Positions 1 to 7,795 of a stretch of DNA of 41,770 bases are shown piece by piece. This stretch comes from Clostridia bacterium (GTDB lineage: Bacteria > Bacillota > Clostridia > Christensenellales > QALW01): the NCBI GenBank assembly GCA_045536015.1, contig JAZSMS010000111.1:1-41770 (forward strand), given 5' to 3'. Made by a program: the position numbers and the translations under genes. The stretch's first letter is position 1; the number at the start of each line of letters is the position of its first letter. A model generated the notes under the pieces. It saw only the letters and a list, made by a program, of their open reading frames with translations. It was not told the DNA's origin and did not search any database.

Positions 1-9
1 CAAGCCTTT

Positions 10-450
10 TTAAACCATCTGCATTATCCAATAAATAATACCATAAACAACCGATGCTACAATTCCATACACAATCACCGGCCCTGCAATAACAAACAGC
101 TTTGCGCCGAGGCCCAAAACCCAGCCTTCTGTTTTAAATTCGATTGCAGGCGAAGCAACACCGTTTGCAAAGCCGGTTATAGGAACTATGCTTCCTGCTC
201 CGGCGTAAGCGCCAAGCTTTGCGTACAAGCCAAGTCCGGTTAAAAATGCGCTTAAAAAAACTAAAATTATGCTCATCCAGGTGCTTGCAAGCGTGCGCTC
301 AAGCTCAAAAAAGTACATAAGTGTAACGGTTATAATTTCGCCAAGCAGGCAAATGGTTCCGCCTACCCAAAATGCTTTGACGCAATCGTAAACTATTTTG
401 CTTTTAGGAGCCGCTTTTTTTACTAAACGGGCGTATTCGGCATTGTTCAT
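10..450 (-). CDS. spoVAC: Stage V sporulation protein AC (SpoVAC)
   Basis: 146-aa multi-TM ORF, colinear with recalled Bacillus SpoVAC. Motifs 'CVKAFWVGGTICLLGE' and 'AGAGSIVPITGFANG' match. Downstream spoVAD/AE would lie beyond the window edge. Confidence 0.85.
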   Translation of the reverse strand: MNNAEYARLVKKAAPKSKIVYDCVKAFWVGGTICLLGEIITVTLMYFFELERTLASTWMSIILVFLSAFLTGLGLYAKLGAYAGAGSIVPITGFANGVASPAIEFKTEGWVLGLGAKLFVIAGPVIVYGIVASVVYGIIYWIMQMV

Positions 451-592
451 CAGCGTACACGCTCCTTTTTTGTTTTGTAGTGTATATGATTTTCGTCAAC
501 GTTTTGTATAACGCTTAAGCCACCAATAATTTCTTTTCGCACAAAAACATCTCCTTTTGATTTATTTTTAGTAAAAAGAAGTTTTTTATGCA

Positions 593-618
593 TAAAAAAA
601 GCACCTATAAAGGTGCTT
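593..618 (-). terminator. Rho-independent terminator of the SH3b lipoprotein gene
   Basis: Stem agcacct/aggtgct (600-606 / 611-617) with a 4-nt loop. The A-run at 594-600 on + gives a T-tract on the minus strand, just after the stop at 629. Confidence 0.75.
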
Positions 619-628
619 TAAAATTTTT

Positions 629-1555
629 TTAAGATTGAGCAAGCTTTTTGAAAACAGAAATAAAACCGTTAAGATTATAACTGTTAAAATCTTCTTGCGA
701 AAGAGCGTTTTCAAAAGCAAAATGATCTTCAAAGCCACTATTCACAAGGGTGTTTTCACGGTAAAGCATAAGATTAACTACTCCTGTACCCTCGGGACCG
801 AAGTCGCGCAGATGTTGTAATTCCGAGCTTCCAAGACGGCGGGTATGTGTATCAAAATCAATCTGATACAAGCAGTCGTCTTTTCCGTCGGCATCAAAAT
901 CATACATAAAAATGCTTGTTAAAACGTCGGTGCTAAAGTTTTCTTTATCAGCATAGCCTGCAAAAGAAAGCGGCATAATGCTGTATAGCTTGTTTTCTTT
1001 ATCAAAAATATAAACATCGGTAAAGAAAAATTCAACCGTTTCGTTATCAAAGGTTTTCTTTGAGGCAAAATATCTGAATGCCTGAGCAGTGTAGGAACCG
1101 CTTGTAAGTGTGTATGCGGCGGCGCCAGGGTAAAGCGATGCAATATTGCTAACGGCAGTTAAATATTCTACCTTACAGTAGCCAATATTAGTGCGCGTAA
1201 ATTTAGAAGACGACGCTTCATTTTTAACTACCATATGAAGTTTACACCAGCCGTCTTTTACCGACATAACCTGAACGATGTCGCCCTTTTTAAGCTTATC
1301 AAGTATTGGCGCCGAAACGGAAGCTTGAGCACGAAGATTTAAAATATCAGTTTCAACCGTTGCAACAAAGCTTTGGTTTGTGTCTTTTATTGTGTTATCA
1401 ATAATTTCGGGAGTTTGAACGGGCGCTAACGTGGCAGTGGCGGTGGGCGAGGCAGTTTGCGTTTGCTCGGGAGTGGGCGTTATAGCGGGAATATTATTTT
1501 TGCTACAACCGCAAAGCAATACAAGTAATAAAAAAACAGAAATAGCTTTTTTCAT
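629..1555 (-). CDS. Lipoprotein with Pro/Thr-rich linker and SH3b domain; C-terminal domain of unknown function
   Basis: Signal peptide plus lipobox 'LLVLLCGC'. SH3b-like segment 'ILNLRAQASVSAPILDKLKKGDIVQVMSVKDGWCKL'. Start moved to the second ATG (MKKAIS) because GGAG lies 6 nt upstream of it and overlaps the first ATG of the tracked ORF (1567). Confidence 0.7.
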   Translation of the reverse strand: MKKAISVFLLLVLLCGCSKNNIPAITPTPEQTQTASPTATATLAPVQTPEIIDNTIKDTNQSFVATVETDILNLRAQASVSAPILDKLKKGDIVQVMSVKDGWCKLHMVVKNEASSSKFTRTNIGYCKVEYLTAVSNIASLYPGAAAYTLTSGSYTAQAFRYFASKKTFDNETVEFFFTDVYIFDKENKLYSIMPLSFAGYADKENFSTDVLTSIFMYDFDADGKDDCLYQIDFDTHTRRLGSSELQHLRDFGPEGTGVVNLMLYRENTLVNSGFEDHFAFENALSQEDFNSYNLNGFISVFKKLAQS

Positions 1556-1616
1556 TATTATCTCCAAAATAATTTTATATTACTTATTATAAAATAAATT
1601 TTACTTGCTGTAAAGT

Positions 1617-1645
1617 TAAAAAAAGCCCCCGAAAATTCGGGGGCT
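1617..1645 (-). terminator. Rho-independent terminator of the NhaC-family transporter gene
   Basis: Stem gcccccg/cgggggc (1625-1631 / 1638-1644) with a 6-nt loop. The A-run at 1618-1624 on + gives a T-tract on the minus strand. Confidence 0.85.
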
Positions 1646-1658
1646 AAAAAAGTTTTGA

Positions 1659-3440
1659 TTACTTCTTTTTGTTTAACGCAAGTTTTAAAACAAAAAGCGT
1701 ACCGATCATCAAAGCGATAGAAATCGGAAGAACAATAACGGCATTAGGAACAAAGCCTGCTAAAATATAGCTTACAAACGAAACGCCTGCAACCGTTAAC
1801 GCATACGGAAGCTGTGTTGAAACGTGGTTAATGTGGTCGCACTTTGCGCCTGCTGATGCCATAATAGTGGTATCAGAGATGGGCGAGCAGTGGTCACCGC
1901 AAACTGCACCTGCCATACATGCCGAAACTGCAACGATAGTAATATTTCCGTCCTGTGCGCCGAAAACTGAAAGCACGATAGGAATTAAAATACCAAACGT
2001 ACCCCACGAGGTTCCCGTTGCAAACGAAAGACCAACTGCAATTAAGAAGATAATAGCAGGAAGGAAGAATGCGAGCTGACCCGCCGAACCTTCGATAAGC
2101 TGCGAAATGAATATTTTTGCACCAAGTGAATCGGTTATAGTCTTTAACGTCCAAGCGCAAACAAGGATAAGTATTGCAGGTACCATAGCCTTAAAGCCTT
2201 CGGGAATTGCTTCCATGCAGTTTTTAAAGGTGATAACTCTGCGGCAGAGGTAGTAGATAACCGAGATAATAATGGTTATAAATGAGCCGAATACAAGACC
2301 TACCGAAGCGTCACTGTTTGAGAACGATTCGATAAAGTTCATATAGCTGTCGCTTGATGCATCAAAGAAGCCGCCCGAATAGATAAGACCAAATACGCAC
2401 GATATAATTAAGACAATAACGGGAAGAACAAGGTCTAAAACGCGTCCCTTGGGGTTTGCGTTTTCTTCAAGCTCTTCAAGCTGTTTCTCGCCCGAGGTAA
2501 AGATGTCGCCTGCAAGGGCGTTATCTTCGTGCTTTTTCATCGGGCCAAAGTCAAACTTGGTAATAGCAAGGAAGAACATCATTATGATAGTTAAAATAGC
2601 ATAGAAGTTAAACGGAATTGCTGAAACAAAAAGCGAAATACCGCTTTCGGCACCTGCGCCCTCGGCAAAGCCTGCAACTGCGGCTGCCCACGAAGAAATA
2701 GGAGCAATAATGCAGATAGGTGCGGCAGTAGCGTCGATTAAGTACGAAAGCTTTGCGCGCGAAACATTGTGTTTATCAGTTACGGGGCGCATTACCGAGC
2801 CAACTGTCAAGCAGTTAAAGTAGTCGTCAACAAAGATTAAAATACCAAGAACGACGGTGCAAATTTGTGCGCCAACACGGCTTTTAATATGCGTTTTTGC
2901 CCATCTTCCAAATGCAGCAGAGCCGCCTGTTTTGTTTATCATAGCAACTAAGGAACCTAACAAAACAAGGAATATTAAAATACCGATGTTGTACGAATCG
3001 GCAACGGTAGAAATAAAGCCGTCTTGAAAAACGTGGGTCATAGTTGTTTCAAGGTTAAAGCTTGAATAGATAAGGCCGCCTGATAAAATACCTATAAAGA
3101 GTGAAGAATAAACTTCCTTTGTTATAAGCGCAAGCACGATAGCGATAATTGGCGGAACAAGTGCCCAGAACGTTGCGTATGAGGGTGTTTCGCCCCTTAC
3201 GGTTGCAAGGGCCTTTTCGATGTTTTCGTCAAAATTTTCGTCTGCGGATAAATTGTCAGCGTATGCGTCAACGTATTCGCTTGCCGAATCGTAGTCCGAA
3301 AGGTCGTATTCGGTTTCACCAACAACAACTGTCTGTGGCTCAGCATTGTCGGCGGGCTCGCTCTGCGCAAAGGCAGAAACTGCAAATGACATAACAACCA
3401 TAACTATCATTGCAACGAGCAAGAGTGTCTTCTTTTTCAT
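1659..3440 (-). CDS. NhaC-family (Na+/H+ antiporter-like) membrane transporter, candidate lysine-responsive transporter
   Basis: 593 aa and polytopic, with an NhaC-like start of the membrane core 'FWALVPPIIAIVLALITKEVYSSLFIGILSG'. SD GGAG lies 7 nt before the ATG. A lysine riboswitch precedes it. About 90 extra N-terminal residues look like a signal peptide plus an acidic segment. Confidence 0.7.
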   Translation of the reverse strand: MKKKTLLLVAMIVMVVMSFAVSAFAQSEPADNAEPQTVVVGETEYDLSDYDSASEYVDAYADNLSADENFDENIEKALATVRGETPSYATFWALVPPIIAIVLALITKEVYSSLFIGILSGGLIYSSFNLETTMTHVFQDGFISTVADSYNIGILIFLVLLGSLVAMINKTGGSAAFGRWAKTHIKSRVGAQICTVVLGILIFVDDYFNCLTVGSVMRPVTDKHNVSRAKLSYLIDATAAPICIIAPISSWAAAVAGFAEGAGAESGISLFVSAIPFNFYAILTIIMMFFLAITKFDFGPMKKHEDNALAGDIFTSGEKQLEELEENANPKGRVLDLVLPVIVLIISCVFGLIYSGGFFDASSDSYMNFIESFSNSDASVGLVFGSFITIIISVIYYLCRRVITFKNCMEAIPEGFKAMVPAILILVCAWTLKTITDSLGAKIFISQLIEGSAGQLAFFLPAIIFLIAVGLSFATGTSWGTFGILIPIVLSVFGAQDGNITIVAVSACMAGAVCGDHCSPISDTTIMASAGAKCDHINHVSTQLPYALTVAGVSFVSYILAGFVPNAVIVLPISIALMIGTLFVLKLALNKKK

Positions 3441-3461
3441 TTGTTTTCTCCTTTTTTAAAA

Positions 3462-3496
3462 TCAAAAAATCACGAGTTTCTGCGATACTCGTGATG
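3462..3496 (-). terminator. Leader terminator (expression platform of the lysine riboswitch)
   Basis: On the minus strand: atcacgagt-(9 nt)-actcgtgat followed by TTTTTT, about 20 nt upstream of the transporter SD and ATG. Confidence 0.8.
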
Positions 3497-3532
3497 GCAA
3501 ATTTCCCTATTAAAAAAGAAACTGCGTTTTAC

Positions 3533-3693
3533 GATATCGCTCCACTAATTAAGTGACAGTCCGATACATATTTTGTACCGCCCCAGCTGTTGTATTTCAA
3601 GGTAATAATACAACGCTTCGGCAAAAGCTCCTTTTGCAATAATGCCAATTTACCTAAAAACATTATGCTACTTTTAACTTTTGCGCCTATATC
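3533..3693 (-). promoter_or_regulatory. Lysine riboswitch (L-box) aptamer
   Basis: The minus-strand RNA carries L-box signature blocks in the correct order: GAUAUAGGCGCAAAAGUUAAAAGUAGC, then AAAAGGAGCUUUUGCCGAAGC, then GCUGGGGCGGUAC, then GGACUGUCAC, then GUGGAGCGAUAUC. The P1 helix closes with GAUAU/AUAUC. It aligns block by block with the recalled B. subtilis lysC leader. Confidence 0.85.
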
Positions 3694-3725
3694 TGCAAAA
3701 AACACTATGATTTTTTTATACACAA

Positions 3726-3755
3726 ATGGTAACATACGATATATGCGTTTGTCAA
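3726..3755 (-). promoter_or_regulatory. Sigma-A-type promoter for the L-box leader and transporter
   Basis: Minus strand: TTGACA, 18-nt spacer, TGtTACCAT (extended -10), about 35 nt upstream of the aptamer. Confidence 0.5.
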
Positions 3756-3764
3756 TATTTTTTA

Positions 3765-3793
3765 TTGATTTTATATCTAATATATAATATAAT
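3765..3793 (+). promoter_or_regulatory. Sigma-A-type promoter for yfcE-like gene
   Basis: TTGATT, 17-nt spacer, TATAAT. It is divergent from the L-box promoter. Confidence 0.5.
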
Positions 3794-3823
3794 TATATAA
3801 ACTTTATTTTTCAAGGAGTTATT

Positions 3824-4363
3824 ATGAAACTTATTTTCGCATCCGACATTCACGGCTCGGCATACTACTGCAAAAAGTTGCTTGAAGCTTTTAAAAACGA
3901 AAATGCCCAAAAGCTTATTTTGCTTGGCGACCTTTTGTATCACGGTCCGCGCAACCCGTTGCCTAAAGATTATTCACCCAAAGACGTTAGCGCAATGCTT
4001 AACGAAAACAAGCAATACATTTTAGCCGTCAGGGGAAATTGTGATTCTGAAGTTGACCAAATGGTGCTTGAATTTCCTGTTTTAACCGAAAATCTTTCGC
4101 TGTTTTTAGGTGGAAAGCACGTTTTTGTTACGCACGGACATAAATTTAATAAAGAAAACCCACCGCTACTGCAAAAGGGTGACGTTTTAATTAACGGACA
4201 TTTCCACGTTGCCGAAATTGACAAAACAAATGATTTTGTTTATATGAACCCCGGCTCGGTTTCGCTTCCTAAAAATGACTTTCAGGGCTATTTGCTTTTT
4301 GAGGATGGCGTTTTTTCGCTCATTTCGTTTGATGGAGATAAAAAAGCAGAATATAAAATTTAA
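3824..4363 (+). CDS. yfcE: YfcE-type metallophosphoesterase (MJ0936 family phosphodiesterase)
   Basis: 'MKLIFASDIHGS', 'LGDLLYHGPRNPLP', 'VRGNCDSEVDQ', 'THGH' and 'NGHFH' are colinear with recalled E. coli YfcE. SD AAGGAG is present. Confidence 0.85.
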   Translation: MKLIFASDIHGSAYYCKKLLEAFKNENAQKLILLGDLLYHGPRNPLPKDYSPKDVSAMLNENKQYILAVRGNCDSEVDQMVLEFPVLTENLSLFLGGKHVFVTHGHKFNKENPPLLQKGDVLINGHFHVAEIDKTNDFVYMNPGSVSLPKNDFQGYLLFEDGVFSLISFDGDKKAEYKI

Positions 4364-4373
4364 AGTATAAATC

Positions 4374-4414
4374 AAACTCCCTTTTGCCATAATTTAGTAA
4401 AAGGGAGTTTTTTT
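4374..4414 (+). terminator. Rho-independent terminator after yfcE
   Basis: 12-bp stem aaactccctttt/aaaagggagttt (4374-4385 / 4399-4410) with a T-run at 4408-4414 that runs directly into the next ATG. Confidence 0.8.
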
Positions 4415-4759
4415 ATGGAAAAATATATTTTTGCGCTTATCTTAATTGTCATTGTTGCATTTGCGTTTTGCGCCTATCCTGCGCTTTTTTCTAAAGAGCA
4501 AAACGCGTACGTAGTTACTAAAAATTCGTTTGCCGCCGAGTGTATTTTAGACGAATATCAAAAGTGGAGCACGGACGAATTTTTTGTCTACAAGCTTTCG
4601 GGTAAAAATGCTTTTTCGGCAAAGCTTGTACCAAACAGCACAAGTGTTTGCGAATATTATTTTTCAGATGAGAATATTCTTAAAATGGATTCGCCGCTTA
4701 TGCAGGTCTATTCTTCGGGGGACAAGGTTATTTGCGGCATACCCTATATAATTGATTAG
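4415..4759 (+). CDS. Hypothetical N-terminally membrane-anchored protein
   Basis: 114-aa ORF with an N-terminal TM 'IFALILIVIVAFAFCAY'. It lies 8 nt upstream of spoIID. Its SD (GGGAG) sits inside the 3' arm of the preceding terminator. No family recognised. Confidence 0.5.
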   Translation: MEKYIFALILIVIVAFAFCAYPALFSKEQNAYVVTKNSFAAECILDEYQKWSTDEFFVYKLSGKNAFSAKLVPNSTSVCEYYFSDENILKMDSPLMQVYSSGDKVICGIPYIID

Positions 4760-4767
4760 GAGATAAT

Positions 4768-5757
4768 ATGAAGCGCATTTTTGCCGTTTGCCTGCCCGTT
4801 TTAATTTTACTTGCAGGAATTTTAACGTTTAATTCGATAGGCGCACCTACCGTTTTAGTAGAAGTGAGCAAGATTCAAAGCACACCGTCGCTTGAGGCTG
4901 CTGCAAAACCTCAAAGCACACCGCTTACCCAAACAACAGAAAGGGAAATAACGGTTTTGCTTGACGAAAAATTAGAAAAAATGAGCGAAACTGACTATCT
5001 TATTTGCGTGCTTGCAGGTGAAATTTCGCCTAAATGCGAGCTTGAAGCACTTAAAGCGCAGGCGGTTGCGGCAAGAACGTACTTATATAACAAAATTATT
5101 TATGGCGGCTGTAATAAAGGTGCCGGTGACATTTGCGCCGATTACAAACACTGTCAGGCGTTTAAGTCGCTAGAAAATATGCGCTCGCAGTGGGGCAAAA
5201 GCTTTGAAGAATATTTTAATAAAATTTCGCTTGCGGTAACTGAAACGAGGCAAGAGGTTGTTTTATATAACCAAAAGCCGATAAATGCACTATATCATTC
5301 TTCAAGCTCTGATAAAACTGAAGATTGCGTTTCGGTGTTTGGCGGAAGCTATCCGTATTTAGTGTCGGTTTCAAGCAGTGAGGAAGCAAGTGAGGATAAA
5401 ATAGTTACCTTTTCTAAAGAAGAATTTTTGCAAAAAGTAAATTCTTACTTTGACCTATCACTTTCTAAAATCGAAATAAAAATTTTAGCTTATACTGACA
5501 GTGGAAGAGTAAAAAGCGTTATGCTTGGCAATAAAGAGGTAAAGGCTACGGCACTTCGCACGTGCTTAGGTTTGCGTTCAACTGATTTTACTTTTTCTGC
5601 TAATGAAACCGAAATAACCTTTTCTACCTTTGGTTACGGTCACGGTGTTGGTATGAGTCAGGCGGGAGCAAAGCAAATGGCAGAGGACGGAAAAGATTAT
5701 AAGCAAATTCTTACTCACTATTATTCGGGTGTAAGCATAGAAAAATATGCGCTTTAA
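4768..5757 (+). CDS. spoIID: Stage II sporulation protein D (SpoIID, lytic transglycosylase for engulfment)
   Basis: N-terminal anchor plus SpoIID/LytB motifs 'ALKAQAVAARTY', 'NALYHSSS' and 'YGHGVGMSQAGAKQMAEDGKDYKQILTHYY'. SD GGAG is present. Confidence 0.85.
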   Translation: MKRIFAVCLPVLILLAGILTFNSIGAPTVLVEVSKIQSTPSLEAAAKPQSTPLTQTTEREITVLLDEKLEKMSETDYLICVLAGEISPKCELEALKAQAVAARTYLYNKIIYGGCNKGAGDICADYKHCQAFKSLENMRSQWGKSFEEYFNKISLAVTETRQEVVLYNQKPINALYHSSSSDKTEDCVSVFGGSYPYLVSVSSSEEASEDKIVTFSKEEFLQKVNSYFDLSLSKIEIKILAYTDSGRVKSVMLGNKEVKATALRTCLGLRSTDFTFSANETEITFSTFGYGHGVGMSQAGAKQMAEDGKDYKQILTHYYSGVSIEKYAL

Positions 5758-5761
5758 AGTA

Positions 5762-5792
5762 AAAACGGACAGTAAAAAACTGTCCGTTTTTA
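5762..5792 (+). terminator. Rho-independent terminator after spoIID
   Basis: Stem acggacag/ctgtccgt with a 7-nt loop, followed by TTTT. Confidence 0.85.
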
Positions 5793-5798
5793 TCGGTA

Positions 5799-5827
5799 TT
5801 GACTTATTTAAAAGCAAATGATAAAAT
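5799..5827 (+). promoter_or_regulatory. Sigma-A-type promoter
   Basis: TTGACT, 17-nt spacer, TGaTAAAAT (extended -10), 30 nt upstream of the 5858 ATG. Confidence 0.55.
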
Positions 5828-5857
5828 AAATATATAACATATTTAAGGAGAAAAATT

Positions 5858-6358
5858 ATGAGTATTATAAACGAACCAAAGATAAAAAATCCTTTAATAG
5901 TAGCCGTGCGCGAGCAGCTTGAGCACCGCGCGTTATGGATGTATTTGCTTTGTGACGAGGCAAAAAAGAAAGGACTTTCGCCAGAAGAATATGCGCCGCA
6001 GGCAATAAAGCGTTGCGGACTTTATCAGGGTAAGCTCTTGCGCGAAAAGGGAGGCAAGGGCGAAAGCTTAAAGGGGCTTAAAAAGGCACTCTTTACGCTT
6101 CCTGCACAGATGGTGTTTGAAATGAAAATCAAAAGATGCACCGACGATAATCTTGATATTGATTTTCACTACTGTCCGCTTGTTAAGGCTTGGCAAAAGC
6201 AGGGCGCAAGTGATGAGGAAATTAAAATGCTTTGTGACCACGCAATGTGCGGTGACCGAGGCATAGCCGAAAGCTTTGGGTGCGAGCTTGACCTTCCAAA
6301 GACCATAGCCGCAGGCGACGGTGTTTGCGAAATAAGATTTGTAAGAAGAAATAAATAA
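5858..6358 (+). CDS. L-2-amino-thiazoline-4-carboxylate hydrolase-like (ATC_hydrolase family) protein
   Basis: 166 aa. The Cys-rich C-terminal pattern 'FHYCPLVKAWQKQG...MCGDRGIAESFG...TIAAGDGVCEIRF' resembles that family as I recall it. SD AAGGAG is present. Confidence 0.45.
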   Translation: MSIINEPKIKNPLIVAVREQLEHRALWMYLLCDEAKKKGLSPEEYAPQAIKRCGLYQGKLLREKGGKGESLKGLKKALFTLPAQMVFEMKIKRCTDDNLDIDFHYCPLVKAWQKQGASDEEIKMLCDHAMCGDRGIAESFGCELDLPKTIAAGDGVCEIRFVRRNK

Positions 6359-6363
6359 AAATA

Positions 6364-6392
6364 AAGTCCGTAGAATTTCTACGGACTTGTTT
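6364..6392. terminator. Bidirectional terminator between convergent genes
   Basis: Stem agtccgtag/ctacggact (6365-6373 / 6379-6387), T-rich on both sides. Confidence 0.8.
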
Positions 6393-6406
6393 CTTTTTGT
6401 TTCTTT

Positions 6407-7795
6407 TTATTTTTTCTTATTTTTCCTTTTAAATATAAAGCTGCGGAACAGGATAAAGTTCATAACTATAAAGAAAGCAACTAAAAGAATAAACGTTAAA
6501 TACGGCTTTTGCGGTGCAAGCGTTGCAAGCAACATCATAGGAAAGCCAAACACGATAGCGGGGAAGTTCTGATAAACCATATTATCTGCCGCAGGTGTTT
6601 TGAAGTTGCCGTCAAGCTCGCGAAGCAGGATGGTACCCGTGCTTGCCGTACCGGTAAGCATACCATACATCATTAAAAATTGCTCTTGAGCATATTCTGA
6701 GAAAAGCTTTTTTGCAATAAAATAATTGTAAATATAGGTAGAAACAAGGCCAACAATGCCTAAAATAAGCATTACGCCCCAATATTGCTCTAAAACGCCA
6801 AGCCTTATTGCCGCAATACCTGCAACAACCATTATGTCAAAAAAGAAGTTACTTGTGCGGGTTAATAAAAAGTCGTTTACATAAGCTCTTTTCATAAGCT
6901 TCTTTTTGCGAAGCAGGTTTATAATAGCTTTAACAAGTGTTGCAGCAAGCACACCAAGCAAGAAGTTAAAACCGTATATTACCGATTTCATACCCGGCAG
7001 GATATTGCCGAGAACAAACATAAGTAAGTAGGCAAGCATATAAGCAACTATAACAAAGGCAATTTGAATAGTAAGCTTATCAATGCTGCCCTGCATAGGA
7101 ATTTCGTTTTCTGCCTGAATTTGCTCGGAAGAAAGTGCCGATTCATCTTCTGAAGTAGTAACGATTTGCTTTTTCTTCTTTAAAATATTAAGGTGAATAA
7201 CGCCGCCGATGCTTGCAGATAAAAAGCCAAGTGCTGCAATGGTCAAGCCAAAGCTTTTTCCGCCTGCAAAGCCGTACTCGGTTTCGTAAATATTGCCGTA
7301 GTTCATTGCCTGACCCGTTCCCTGACCGTAGCCAAATGGCAAAAGCACACCTGCTGCGGGGAAAAAGCCCGAAACTATCTTGGCAACAATTAATGTTATT
7401 CCAAAGCCTAAAATAGCCTGAAGTAAATATGTAGAAACCGTGGTAACGCCGGTGTTAAAAATTTCAACACTACGTTGTTTGGTAAGCTTTCCGCCCGAAG
7501 ATTTTAAGGTAGAAGCAATAAAGCCAAGGGCAAGGGTGTGGTAGGTTATAATTTCAAGATTCTGATAGCCAGTGCTGCCAAAAAATGCGGTTTCAAACAA
7601 GGGCGTTTTTGCAAATAAGTCGTAAATTCCTGCAACAATAAGTAAAATCGCGCCGCCTAAAACCGAGGTAGGTATAAGCGAATATTTTAAAAATTTTATT
7701 TTGCGTTTTAGTATGTTTGCAATTAAAAGGCTTAAAAGTAAAACTGCAAGCAGATTTATAAAGCCCCAAACACTAGAGTCCCAAAAATTCTCCAT
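6407..7795 (-). CDS. GltS-like (ESS family) sodium/solute symporter
   Basis: Polytopic. 'FLKYSLIPTSVLGGAILL', 'GYGQGTGQAM' and 'GMLTGTASTGTILL' parallel the recalled E. coli GltS motifs 'FLKKYTIPEPVAGGLL', 'GGHGTGAAW' and 'GFGLGATPTAIA'. ATG at 7795 has GGAGG 8 nt upstream. The tracked TTG at 7798 is less likely. Confidence 0.6.
   Translation of the reverse strand: MENFWDSSVWGFINLLAVLLLSLLIANILKRKIKFLKYSLIPTSVLGGAILLIVAGIYDLFAKTPLFETAFFGSTGYQNLEIITYHTLALGFIASTLKSSGGKLTKQRSVEIFNTGVTTVSTYLLQAILGFGITLIVAKIVSGFFPAAGVLLPFGYGQGTGQAMNYGNIYETEYGFAGGKSFGLTIAALGFLSASIGGVIHLNILKKKKQIVTTSEDESALSSEQIQAENEIPMQGSIDKLTIQIAFVIVAYMLAYLLMFVLGNILPGMKSVIYGFNFLLGVLAATLVKAIINLLRKKKLMKRAYVNDFLLTRTSNFFFDIMVVAGIAAIRLGVLEQYWGVMLILGIVGLVSTYIYNYFIAKKLFSEYAQEQFLMMYGMLTGTASTGTILLRELDGNFKTPAADNMVYQNFPAIVFGFPMMLLATLAPQKPYLTFILLVAFFIVMNFILFRSFIFKRKNKKK

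Noticed and set aside
3555-3580. 'GCUGGGGCGGUAC' in the leader, which resembles the T-box 'GGGUGGUACCGCG' core
   Set aside because: There is no Stem I, specifier loop or AGAGA/GNUGGA features, and the motif sits inside a complete L-box block order. I interpret it as the L-box P4/P5 region.
3529-3787. Tracked ORFs 3529-3735 (-, 68 aa) and 3590-3787 (+, 65 aa) in the nhaC-like / yfcE intergenic region
   Set aside because: They coincide with the lysine riboswitch aptamer and the divergent promoters. They have no SD, and the RNA element explains the sequence better.
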